64,000 nucleotides of DNA from the human T2T-CHM13v2.0 reference genome, Homo sapiens: NCBI RefSeq assembly GCF_009914755.1, contig NC_060932.1; one strand, 5' to 3'. Positions 1 through 15,352 of this stretch are shown in pieces. The notes under the pieces are model-generated. The model made no database searches. It saw only the letters and a program-made list of their open reading frames with translations, and was not told the origin of the DNA. The translations under genes and the position numbers were made by a program. The first letter of the stretch is position 1. Each line of letters begins with the position of its first letter.

Positions 1-355
1 CATAGCACTGACACGCCTTTGAAGTTAGGTGTGGGTCTGTGCCAAGGCAGTGCAGCAGTATATGTATATGGAACTTCTAGTATGGCAGTAAAACCCTCCC
101 AAACAAAATCTGTAAGCTTTATTCCCTTCTACCGACTTCACAGGACGACCTCCAAAGCCACATGTTGAAGATGGCAGAGCTCCAGTGAATCTGAGTCCTG
201 AATGACTATGTGTACCAAAGCACACAACTTTCCTCACAAAACAAGAACGCTTAAGACTATTTACATGACCAAGAAATGAACTACTTTTGTGTTTGTGTCG
301 TTGTACATTTTTTCTGCTGATTTCTAATAAAGCTAATATTACCCAAATAAATACA
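1..355 (+). mobile_element. Old MaLR LTR (MLT1J/I/K-like), partial
   Basis: AGCCACATGTTGAAGATGGCAGAGC...CTGAGTCCTGAATGACT and an ...AATACA terminus resemble the MLT1J-group consensus as recalled. Confidence 0.6.
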
Positions 356-1255
356 TCTCCTATGTAAGAGTCTTTTTCACCTGTAAGATTAAGTCTGAAT
401 TTCTAAGTACCATTTGAACTTTCTCTGTTTTGCCCAAGGCTGCCTTTGCAGCTGCCTTACCTCCTACTCGCTGCACACAGACTGCATTGTTGACTTCCCT
501 CCATTTACTGAAGGCATCATGCTCATTCTAGCCTGGGAAAAACTTTATTTAATCTTTAGACATCATTTGCAAGGCATAAGTGACTGTCTCCCAGAAAACT
601 CTTATCAAAAGGGGCCAAAACTTTTTCCACTGCTCAACTCAGCCTGTTACAAAGGTTGCTGTTTTTCTCCTGAAGCCCACATCTGTGGAGCCACCTCGAC
701 TGAAGTTGTGCCTCAGTGCTTCTGTGAAGGGCTTCTACTGTCTGCTTGGCTTTTAGTTGTCCCACTTTGAATTCTCACAAAGAGCAGTTTAAATATAGTG
801 CTGGTTTCCATTTCCCACTCACATCCAGATTAGAGAATGATCAGTGATTATCACATTGCAATTTGAGAAGACTTTATTCTTCTGGCATGTACAGAGAGGG
901 TGTGGTTGCTCCTGGGCTCCTCCATCTAAACCATCTCCCAGGTAGATATACAGATAGCTCAAGATACTTCACGCTTTGCAGAGAAAACAAGCTACCTACA
1001 TAATCCCAAAATGTTAAAATAGATCTATAAACCATTGACATTGGAAGATTTTGAAGTTATCAAATGCAAGTGCTTACCCAGACCTGAATTTCACAGAACA
1101 TCTCTGAAAAGGATGTACTCAAGTGACTGTGGAGGACATCAATTCTATCTATTAGCATGGCACTCTGAGTGCCAAGTGTTGTTCCTCATTTTTAACTATT
1201 GTTATGATCAATATCTTGGTGTTCTCATTTTTCTGTGTATATTTAATACTACTAA

Positions 1256-1775
<520 letters not shown>

Positions 1776-2059
1776 AATACCACATAGATTTTTTATAAGT
1801 GAAAACTATCAGAGTTCTGTTTAGTTATTGTACACTCTTTAAAACAGTGATGTTTTTCAACTGAATTTACATCCAAGTGTTTTAGGGTATGGTGTCCTAA
1901 TTCTTGAACATTAAGTAATAAGATTTTAAGAAAATTGATACCCATGTGGAAATTATAGAGATGCCTTCTTCTTATCAATGAATCTAGTGTGAAAATCACT
2001 GCAAATCATGTTTCACACATCTGGGGTTTAAAAATTACCCATATCAGCCAATTAAAACA

Positions 2060-2342
2060 TTTCTCTAAGATTTTTTTGGAATTCAGTTCAGCAAAACCAA
2101 GCTCTAGTCTTTCTTGGGTGGCTGAGATATTTATCTGAAGCTACGGACACTAGCAGGAGAGAATGAAGCTCATTTAGAAAAAGAGAAATCCAGACACAAG
2201 AGGCTTAAGGGATAAAGTTCCTGGTTTTAATCATTTCTGAAACTCAAATACATTCCTGCCCTTCCCATGAAACCTGACTTTTGTCCTCATGGTTTGAATG
2301 ATTAGAATTCTGTCCTTGTGAACAAGAGTCCTGATAAATACA
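2060..2342 (+). mobile_element. Old MaLR LTR fragment (MLT1K/L-like)
   Basis: 3' end AATTCTGTCCTTGTGAACAAGAGTCCTGATAAATACA resembles the MLT1K/L terminus. Confidence 0.5.
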
Positions 2343-2599
2343 TTGTATTTATTTTAAGTGCAAGAAATTGAGTAATATTCAAGAGCATGTTTTGAAAATG
2401 AGAGAACAAACAGAAGTATACTGAAGACAAATCTAGACTGCCCAGGACACCTGCATCTAAAGATGCTCAAAGAGTTAAGAGACAGCTTAGAGGAGAAGTT
2501 CTGGCTTAGGGGAAAAGTGAGAAGGTGGCCTTCAAACACCAGTGATTTCTGCAAATTTTTGTCTGTAATTGTTTGTTTTCTGGAAAACGTTTCTTCCAC

Positions 2600-5110
<2,511 letters not shown>

Positions 5111-5161
5111 TAGCAATGGGGAGCAAGACTGTCAGCTCTCCTTCAAACTCAGAGATAAGCT

Positions 5162-5183
5162 AAAAAAAAAAAAAAAAAAAAAA
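5162..5183. repeat. Poly(A) tract, about 22 nt
   Basis: Uninterrupted A run with no adjacent Alu or L1 body. Confidence 0.9.
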
Positions 5184-5383
5184 CCCAAAACCCTCTACAC
5201 TCCCCTTGGAGATTTAGTGCTGACAGTGTCCTCGGAAGACAGTGCACTAAAAGTTCCACATCTCCAAGAGCTTTAGCATTGAATGGGGAAAATATATACC
5301 TATTCTTAGCCAAACAAAAAAGCACGGTGGAATAATTATTATGCAACCTGTACTTAAGATAAGTGTTATACGTTTCCTTTGCT

Positions 5384-5419
5384 ACAGAAAAAATGTTAAG
5401 CACAGAAAAAATGTTAAGC
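5384..5419. repeat. Perfect 18-bp tandem duplication
   Basis: ACAGAAAAAATGTTAAGC x2. Confidence 0.9.
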
Positions 5420-6116
5420 GGGGTATTCTCTCAACACACTTCACCTGGGAATCCACGGAGAGCCCATGGCTGCCAGGCTTGGTGGCAAAAAGCAGAAACT
5501 TCTGGCTGCCAGGTCTTGAGCTGATCTTAGACACATTCTTTCTGGGAATTCCTCAACTGCTGTCTCATTTCCACTTTCATCTCAGCATCTAATTCATCTA
5601 GGGCAGACGTCTGAGATCAGAGTGAGATTAATAGGACACAGGCCAGGAAAATACACATAAAGATCATAGTTCACCCCAAAATATGAACGTGGTGACTTAT
5701 TGTTATTTGTTTACCCTCATCAGCAAGTTCCCTTTGGGAAGAATAGAATGCATTAGGAATGTGTCAAATACTGAGAAATATCAGAGAGCATTTTGGTCCA
5801 GTGTGAATGGGTCTGTACATCCTAAAATGAATCCTCATCCTTCTTTATCTCCAGCAACTGAGTGGTAATGAAGACAGCAATCACAGCCTTCCCAGGTCTT
5901 CTCCTATTCAAAGAGTTGTCTGCAAGTTTTAAGTGTGTTTCAACTACTGTACTAAGTATTGACAAAAGATATATAGACTAGCTCCTGACTCAACGGGTTT
6001 TAAAAGCTCGAGCATACCAAGGACACACATGAAGGAAGAGCTCCTTCCCAACATTCAGCAGGCCTGGCTCATTCTACAGATGGCTGGGTGGGGACAGAGA
6101 AGCAGAGAAGAGCTTC

Positions 6117-6147
6117 TGTCTATCTATCTATCGTCTATCTATCTATC

Positions 6148-6189
<42 letters not shown>

Positions 6190-6260
6190 TTATCTATCTA
6201 TCTTACTATCTATCATCTATCTATCTATTTATCTATCTATCATCTATCTATCTCTATCTA
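6117..6260. repeat. Compound (TCTA)n / GATA tetranucleotide microsatellite
   Basis: Interrupted TCTA array with a pure (TCTA)10 core at 6149-6188. Confidence 0.97.
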
Positions 6261-7059
6261 CCAATATATTGTTTGCTTAGAAAGAACTTACAGCAGCTTA
6301 TAGGAACTCTTGAAATGCACAGATGTGTAATAAATCTAGAGGAGCGGTAAAGGAAGAAAAAGCCAAGCTAGGGGACATAAAAGAGACCAGGCATACAGCT
6401 GAAGAATACAAGAACGCAGAGCCGAAATCCCTGAATCCTTGGGGCTGGAGGGTGGCACATGCTGTCAACATTGCTGTAAAGCTTCTCGACAAGCACCATG
6501 TAAGGGGCACCTGTTACACAGCTCACAGCACCCACAAGGTCACAGCAGACCTGCTGCTTGGGGGAAGTGCAGCTACTCTTGGCACTGAGGTCAGACTGAA
6601 TGTTTGTCTCACTCTGCAGAACACAGCGGGCAGTGCCCTCCGCAGCATCTTCACAGCACACACAGCACGTTTTGATGCTGTTCCTCAGTATAGAATGCTG
6701 ACATCAATGCATGGAGTCCAAACTGAACAGTTCTACTGCTGTAACTTAATCTAGGAAAAAATTTTAGACTACCCAGGATATTCTTCAAACACTATCACTA
6801 GATATTACTTCTATCAAAGATGTAGGCCAATGCTGGGCGGCAATGACTTTACACCTGAATAAGTGACCCATCACCCTCTATCTGGATGTGGACTGAGGGT
6901 TTACACCCAGGAAACCATTCTGATGAATTTTGTTGCAGAGATAAATGGGTGAATGCATTCTCACATAGCCTGAATCCGATGGTTTTCTCCAGGAAAATGG
7001 TGATGACAGGTGTAACCGGATGCCCCATTCCAAGGGGTAAGACTAATGTAGTTCTGGGA

Positions 7060-7400
7060 AACCAGGCTTCAGAAAGATCTGCAGGTTGTCACTTAATAGG
7101 ATGTTAGAACTACATGAAGGCAAAATCTGTGTCACTGCTACAGACATTCCTGAGACAATACTAGCTGCCTGTTAGGCCACCAAGCAGCTGGGCTAGGTGT
7201 GAGTTCAGTGCAAATAAGGGTGACTCCATGCAACCAGAAGCCACATGTTGGAGTGGTCTTTGGGCAAATTAGAGTGCATTATGAGCTGTTTGGATTCTCC
7301 TCTGAGTGACTCTTCCATGTATAGTTTGAGTGCCAGGAGGAGAGTGACCCTTTTCTCTGCACTGCCAATTTCACGGTGGGATTATGTCGTCAAAATGGGA
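7060..7400 (+). mobile_element. L3/CR1 LINE fragment
   Basis: GGCTTCAGAAAGATCTGCAGGTTG and GTATAG...TTCTCTGCACTG...GGATTATG resemble the recalled L3 ORF2 3' region; very diverged. Confidence 0.4.
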
Positions 7401-7424
7401 GATGGTCCTTAGAAATCACTGGGA

Positions 7425-7545
7425 ATTATTTTACAGATGCCCTTATTTTACAGATGAGGAAGTTGATAGAAGTTGGCATGGGCCCAGTTTACTAGGCTGT
7501 ATGTTGGATCTCTGACCCAGAATGTAATGTCTTTTATTCCAGCAC
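7425..7545 (-). mobile_element. MIR fragment
   Basis: Antisense MIR core TTTTACAGATGAGGAA; TTATTTTACAGATG is locally duplicated (7426-7439, 7443-7456). Confidence 0.6.
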
Positions 7546-8097
7546 TCTCTGCAGAAACATTCTCTCTTTCAAGTTCAGGGATGGAAACTCTTCCAAGTGA
7601 GTCTGTGAAGCTCTTAAAACTTATGTCAAGGTCATCCTTGAGTTTAAAAAACAACTTGTGTTAATCATGGCAAAACCACATTTTTTCCCCCGTAACTGAT
7701 CTATATTTTTAATAAGTTAGTTTCCCATCCCCGACACATGTAATATTTTTCTAGAGAAAATTTGGAAAATAAAATATAAAAGAATGACAATAATTTGTTT
7801 TATTTTCCTACAGAATTTCTCTCATGGGAAAATGTTTTTCTTCTTTTATATTGTTGTGAATATATTACATATAAAATTTTACCTTTTAACTTCACTTAAC
7901 CTCATAGCATAAGAGTTAAATCGTCTAAACTCTGTAAAAATCATTTTAGTGGATGACGTCAACACACTTAATTTCATCAAATGTTTGCTCTGTGATAAGC
8001 TCAATCATTCCCCCGCTGTGCTCCAGGGGCTTTTCAGTGGCTCCCCATTATAAACAATGCTGTGATGGGCATCCTTGCTTGAAAATGTCTTTTTCCC

Positions 8098-8235
8098 TTT
8101 TGTGTGTGTGTGGTGAGAACACTCACGATCTTCCCTCTTCGCAAATTTTAAGTATATAGCACAGCATTGTTACCTGAAGTCCCCATGCCATGCTTTAGAT
8201 CTTTAAAACCTACTCATCTTGCATAATTGAAACTT
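8098..8235 (-). mobile_element. L1MA 3' UTR fragment, antisense
   Basis: GTGGTGAGAACACT...GCAAATTTTAAGTATA...TAGATCT...ACTCATCTTGCATAATTGAAACT. Confidence 0.7.
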
Positions 8236-8244
8236 AAAAATTAC

Positions 8245-8580
8245 TAAGTCTGTGACATGATGGATATGAAATTAGTCTGATTGTAGTGATTAGTATACAA
8301 TGTATCCATATAACAAATCATCATGTTGTACACCCTGAATATACGCAACTTTGAAAAACGCATCTTCCAAGAAAAAAAAGTAGGTAAGTGGTTGTTTGGG
8401 GGTGGTGCAGGGGTAAGGGATGATAACTGAAGGGTACATTTTTTTTGAGGTAGTGATTATGTTCTAAAATTGATAGTGGTGAAGTGTACACAACTCTGCA
8501 AATTTATTAAAATCGATTGAATTGTGCACTTTAAGTGGGTGAAGTGTGTATTATGTGAATTATGACTCAATCAAGTGGTT
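8245..8580 (+). mobile_element. L1MA and L1MB/MC 3' end fragments
   Basis: GATGGATATG...ATCATCATGTTGTACACC, then ATGTTCTAAAATTGATAGTGGTGA...GAATTGTGCACTTTAAGTGGGTGAA. Confidence 0.7.
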
Positions 8581-8585
8581 ATAAG

Positions 8586-8840
8586 TTTTGTTTTTTTTTT
8601 TTGAGATGGAGTCTCGCTCTGTCACCCAGGCTGGAGGGCATCTCGGCTCACTGCAAGCTCCTCCACCTCCCAGGTTCACGCCATTCTCCTGCCTCAGCCT
8701 CCCGAGTAGCTGGGACTACGGGCGCCCGCCGCCACGCCCAGCTAATTTTTTGTATTTTTAGTAGAGATGGGGTTTCACTGTGTTAGCCAGGTTGGTCTCG
8801 ATCTTCTGACCTTGTGATCCGCCCACCTCAGCCTCCCAAA
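8586..8840 (-). mobile_element. AluY, 5'-truncated
   Basis: AluY-type diagnostics GCAAGCTCC, TTCACGCCATTCTCC, GGGACTAC.GGCGCCCGCC and TGTTAGCCAGG; stops at GCCTCCCAAA. Confidence 0.93.
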
Positions 8841-9702
8841 TAGGGTTATACATTTTTAAAGTCTCTTTCCTTATTTATAATTATCTCGAAAAAGATTTTT
8901 AAAAATAAAAATACTGCACCAAAGTGTATCCATGTATTTAAAGTGTTTGATACTCTCTTCCAGATTGCATTCCACTACAGTGGTACCAATGCACACTGCC
9001 ACCATGGATCCAGGAGAGACTTTTCCATTCTCTTTCCAATAGTGAATCCATAGTGGTGTTGAATAGCTTTCAAATCTCACCAAGGCATTATTCCTTGCCA
9101 TGTTTAACATCTAGGGGCTTACCAATATATACTCAATACCACCACTTTGTATCTCTTCCCCAATTTTCCCTCCCTGAAAGTGCATGGAATCATGAAATCT
9201 AAGGTTTTTGCAGGAAACAGATCGCACAGAAGTCATGAGTATGAGTACCCACGTAGTTTATAACAATGGTTTTCCTTTAGTTTCTCTGTTCTCCACCCAT
9301 GCGTTATTAATACCTCCAAATGACATTCAGACTGCGATTCTGTCATTTATCTTCCTTCCTAACATATTCTCCTTTAAGTCATCATCTCCCTGAAGACAGT
9401 AGCTATTTTTTACACAACTGCTGTGCTTTGTACAGTGTTTAATACTGAGAAGAAGCTGTTCAACAAATGTTTGTGGATTACACAGACAAATGAACAAATG
9501 CTTTCTTACTGGTGCTGCAAGTAACTTCAAAATAAAGTTTTGGTCTATTCACTTCTTAAAGGCTAAACTTAGGTTTATATATTTCGCCATCAAATCGAAG
9601 AGAGAGCAAGAGGACATGCCTAAAGTATTTGCAGATTAAGTCAGAGGAGTGGTTCATAAAATGTTGAATACATGACTTTCTTCCCTAAGAACTATCTGGA
9701 GA

Positions 9703-10757
9703 CTCTTATCTTACTCCATACAGAAAAATCAGCTTAAAATGGATTAAAGCCTTAAATGTAAGACCAGAAACTGTAAAACTCCTAGAAGAAAACAAAGGGG
9801 AAAAGTTTCATGGCATTATTCTTGGCAGTGATTTCATGGGCATAACACCAAAAGTACAGGCAACAAAAAACAAAAATAAACAAATGAGACTAAGTCAAAC
9901 TGAAAAGCTTCTGCCCAGGAAAGGGAACAATCAACAGAGTGAAAAGAGTGGGAGAAAATATTTGCAAGCCAAAAATATGACAAAGGGTTAATCTCCAAAA
10001 TATATAATGAACTTCTACAACTCAATAGTAAAAAAAAATCTAATAACCCAATTTAAAAATAGCCTAAGAACTTGAATAGACATTTCTCCAAAGGAGACAT
10101 GCAAATGGCCAACAGGTATATAGGTATAGACATAGATATAGATATAATGTTCACCGTCACTAATCATCAGGGAAATGCAAATTAAAATAATGAGACATCA
10201 CCTCACACCTGTCAGGATGGCGATTATAGACAACAACAAAAAAGACAAGTGTTGCAAGGATATGGAGAAAAGGGAACCCTTGTATACTGCGGGTAGGAAT
10301 GGAAATTAGTATAGGTTCAGCCATTATGGAAATCAGTGTGGTGGTTCCTCAGGAAAATTAAGAATAGAACTACCATATGATCCAGCAATCCATCTTCTGG
10401 GTATATATCCAGAGGAATTAAAATCAGGATCTCAACACTCCCATGTTCACTGTAGCATTATTCACCATAGTTAAGATGTGAAAACAACCTTCATAAATGA
10501 CAAACACTGCATTCCACTTATGTGAGGTTGTCTAAAATAGTCAAATTTGTAGAATCAAATAATAAGATGGAAATTATCTGGGAGGGGAAAGAAATGGGGA
10601 GTTATTCATCAATGTGCATAAAATTTCAGTCAAGCAAAATGAAATAAGCTCTAGAGATCTGCTATACAACACTGTACCTAGAGTCAACAATAATGTGCAC
10701 TTAAAAATCTGTTAAGAGAGCAGATTTCAGTTAAGTGTTTTCAACACAACAATTATT
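9703..10757 (+). mobile_element. L1MA (L1MA4A/5A-like) ORF2 end and 3' UTR, 5'-truncated
   Basis: AAATGGATTAAAG.CTTAAATGTAAGACC.GAAACT...CTAGAAGAAAAC; ATAGAACTACCATATGATCCAGCAATCC; ends ...CTAGAGATCTGCT...GTTAAGTGTTTTCAACACAA. Confidence 0.9.
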
Positions 10758-13609
10758 TTAAAGACTATATGTTTAAAAGAAAAAAGATTGGAAAGGTTCT
10801 GAAAAGAGCCAAAAAGCCCATCTGAATTACTAACATCACATCCATATCTATGTTAAGCAGCAGTTGGACAGCTTTATCTGTCATCCATCTGAAACCAGCC
10901 TGAGTTGCAGTCTAAGCTGGGAATCGTGGAGAGGGGAGGACAGGCTGAGCCCAAATTATACTCACGTGTGGTCAATAAACATTTAGTAGAATAAATTAAA
11001 TTTGAATAAGAAAGAACTATCTGGAGAATTTCAACACAACAGAAGAAAATTCACAAAAGTTGTAATTCATAGGAGATCTTAATAAAAATCGTTTTGAAAC
11101 CTGAGAGCCCCCAGACCCCCAAATGCCATAATAGCATAATGAGTTGCATTTCTAGAGCACAATAGTACGGGTTAACTCAGAATATTCCACAATTCCCCAC
11201 ATCTAAGAGTTACAGTCAACTCTAACATCATATGCACTCAGTTTTTCCAGCTTAAAAGTATACAAGGATCTGTCAACAGAAGGCTTTTATTTCTTTTACA
11301 ACAAGAGAACACTGTTTATAATATGACACTGGCTGCTCAGGCAAAATGGGTTCTATTAGAACTAATTTAATTTTCCATAAGTTGGTCTATTTGCATTTTG
11401 AGTCCCCAGTTAGATGACTAGGTGCTACTTTACAGATTGATCTTGTTTCAAGCTCCAGTGTATGGACAATGCTTAATCAGTGTGTATATCAGAAAATAAA
11501 CATAATCATCAAGCACACTAATTAAGCCTAGAAAATGTTGCAACATGCATACAGTGTATGGATTAACAAGGCAATTCATTAAAATCTTAATTACAAATAC
11601 TATATTTCTCATACATTTTATTCCACAATGCTTCAGATGAGTTCAGCAGTTCTGTAACCCATTGACACTACTCTCTTAAGTGAATTTCTTTTAAATCATG
11701 ACACATCTGTGTATCCTCTCTACACTGAAGGCCTCTATAGTAATAACACTTCTGGCCTTAAACCAGATAACCTGGCAAACTTTTTAAAAGAAGCTAAAGA
11801 AGAACAGGCCAACTGTTAATAGAAAGCTTGAAAATAATTGAAACTAAAAGATGGAAATGTATCAAATGCAATCATCACTAAACAGTATCCTATTTCCACA
11901 CTTTCACTCCTGAAATGTAATGATTGATATTTAGGTGCTACACAGAATTCCTTTAGAAGAAAATACATCAAAAAAGGTTAACATAAAATATGTTATGTAG
12001 ATAAAATGTTTTACGTAGATAAGACATTCACACGTGTATATACATATATATGTTAAATACTAGAAATATATGTATATATGTAAAATATACATTTCCTTTA
12101 CCTGCAAACTTAGCTTTGAGCAATCAGTTATTTCTCAAGCAAAATTCCAGTAATGAGTGTAACAGAAATAGGAAAAAGAGTTGTATGATGTTTCAGTGGC
12201 AAGTTTCTTTTTTTCGTTCTGTCAAAAATCAGCCATTTCCTAAAAATATGTAATAAGTGGAGAAAAGGAGACAAGGGTAGGTCCTGTTTGCTCCGTCTTC
12301 TTCAACACCTTAATTCATGCATGCACTGACTTGTTTTCATAGTCACATTGTATTGCATTCTAGTTGCACATAGTTTTGATATGCAACAAATCAATTTTCA
12401 AGGAACCATCACGTTAATAAGTAACAACCCAATTTTTAAAACTTGTCCAGATTTCCAGTCATGTTTTGGAGTCTATAAAAAACGGTTAATTTCATAGTTT
12501 AATAATTCTTGTATTTTTCCCTTTTCCCCAATTTTTTGTTTCAAAGAAAGCTGTTTATTTATGAAAGAGTGTCATTTTGTTTAAACTTCATCTTTTTACT
12601 TGTTAAGTGTGGGAAATATACAGAACATTGTTTATATTTTTATCTTAAGCCAAGTCAAAAGGCACCAGAGCTTTGTGACATTTTAATTCTGATTTTTTAA
12701 ACTGAGAATGTTACTTATTCCTCCAGATTAAAAACTTGCCAGCATTGGCAGGTTTGGTTTCTGTACGATACACCAAAAGCAAAAGCCCTAGACATTCACC
12801 AATATCAATTTTAAATTTAAATACTTAAAAATAATTTAATGAAAGAGCTTCCATATTTTTTTTTACTTCAAGCAAAAACTAAAAATAAACCTTAACTATT
12901 GAACCCAGAAATAGGGAAACTACGTGAGTAAATAAAAACTTGTGACCTTGTGAATAGTGACAACACTGTCTTCTACTATCTAGATCATGATGTTGCCTAT
13001 TATGTCCTTTTAAAAAGTAAATTATAAATAAAATGAGACGGATGACTTTTGCTAAAGTTCAGCTCAAGTTTAAATTCATTTGTTTCAGTTTATCAACTTT
13101 GAAGCGATTTTGTCTCAGGGCATTTGGTGTGTCATATCATCAAGCTTTGCAAATTCAATCCATCACAGCTGAAGGTCCAAACCATAATCATTTCTTCATT
13201 ATGAAATGCAAGTGCACAGAAAGTAGATGTGTATCTGGGGTAAATTATTATCCTCTAACTAAAAAGTTGGAGGAGTTATAGAAAATAAGCTATGGTTTTT
13301 AGAAACTAAGCAGACATATCTGTAAAATGAAAATGTTAGAATAAATCATTTAATATTTTTTAGGAGGAAGGCATCACATACCATTTTGTGAAGCCGATAA
13401 AACCTGTGAGCCCTGTTCATGAGTAAATCTGCAGTTACCAAGATGAGATTCTTCATAGCACTGTGAGACAGTGCTTCCCATGCCCACACCTCATAAGGGA
13501 CACAAGAGAAAACAACTGGAAGTCCCCTAAATTTAGGAGGTCAGAGCCCATCAGTATAGCAAGCAGCAAGAAACAAATGTGAGAAGCACTTCTTTATGGA
13601 TCCAGGAAA

Positions 13610-14500
13610 ACACACCACCCTACACCACACAACACATACACACACCATATGCATACCACATCCTACACATCATACATACAGACCATACGTACCACATACC
13701 CCCCACACACACACCACATGCACACTGCACACCAGACATCACACATACACATCACACATGTAAGCCACACACCACACACATGAAACACACACCGCACCTA
13801 TCACATACCACACACACACCACATGCACACCACGCACCACACATACCACATACACACCACACAGGCAAACTACACACCACACACACCAAACACACACCAC
13901 ATACACACACCCTATACATACCACACACACACACAAACCACATGCACACCACACATAGCCCATACACACCACACAGGGAAACTACACACCACATACACCA
14001 AACATACCACATACACACACCCCATACATACCACACTCACACACCACATGCACACATACCACACTCACACCATATACCATACATCACACATATACGCCAC
14101 ACACACCACGCACACACACACCACACACACACATCACACATGCAAGCCACACACCACACACATCAAACACACACAACATACCACATGCACACACACCACA
14201 CATACCACACAGGCATACCATATACCATACATCACACACACACACCACAAACTACACATATACCACATAATTACACACTACACACACCACACACACCATG
14301 CATACACATACCACACACCACGTACCACATACACACATACCACACAACCACATACCACACCTCACACAAACACACCGCACCTCACACATACACATCATAC
14401 ATGCACACCACACACACACGCCACATACTACACATACACCATACGTTCACATACACACACCACACCCACACACCACACACAACACATGCACACCAAACAC
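13610..14500. repeat. Long degenerate CA-rich (CACAC/CATAC) low-complexity array
   Basis: About 890 bp that is mostly C and A on the + strand, with internal block duplications. Confidence 0.97.
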
Positions 14501-14819
14501 AAGATGACCTCTATGAAACCAAAAAAAGGAAAGTTATTTTCCCAGTTCTTTTAGGAAAATTATGCTGGACATTCCAGGAGCCTATGTTGTGTGGCAGGAG
14601 GCAAACACCTTGCCTCAGTGAGGACTCAGTCCCTCCTAGTGCCCCTCTGCCCATTCTCTCTCTGATCATGCACCCCCAATGCCACCACAGCAGATCAGCT
14701 CAATTACCATCAACAAAACCAAGTCCATGCCTTTAACTCCACAGGGAGTTAAATACTCTGACTATTTTGAAGGTGGAAAGTAAAGAATTATCTACCCAAA
14801 TTATAAAACCTATAAAATC

Positions 14820-15118
<299 letters not shown>

Positions 15119-15287
15119 AAAGGCTATAAAACCTTATGTTTCAGCTGTGTTGGAGACCTCTTAGGTCAGAGACTGCCTGAAGGACTGCAGAAGGCATGGG
15201 GTGGCGAGGTGCTGAGAGAGGCCTCGGGAGCCGCAGGAAGCGCTCTGGATGTGAGAAACAGAGACCAGCTAAAGACACTTGTCACCA

Positions 15288-15352
15288 TCACATCCACTCC
15301 TGCTCATCTCACATCCACTCCTGCTCATCTCACATCCACTCCTGCTCATCTC
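15288..15352. repeat. 21-bp minisatellite, three perfect copies
   Basis: (TCACATCCACTCCTGCTCATC)x3. Confidence 0.95.

Noticed and set aside
6029-6303. ORFs with (IYLS)n repeats
   Set aside because: Translation of the TCTA microsatellite
6323-6754. 143-aa ORF in non-repeat-looking DNA
   Set aside because: No recognisable family, promoter or convincing splice sites; length attainable by chance
13579-14736. 385-aa and 243-aa His/Thr-rich ORFs, and Cys/Val-rich antisense ORFs
   Set aside because: They arise from the CA-rich array, whose composition makes stop codons rare in several frames; no domain or exon signals
15288-15352. CRISPR-like repeat
   Set aside because: Head-to-tail units with no spacers, in a primate genome
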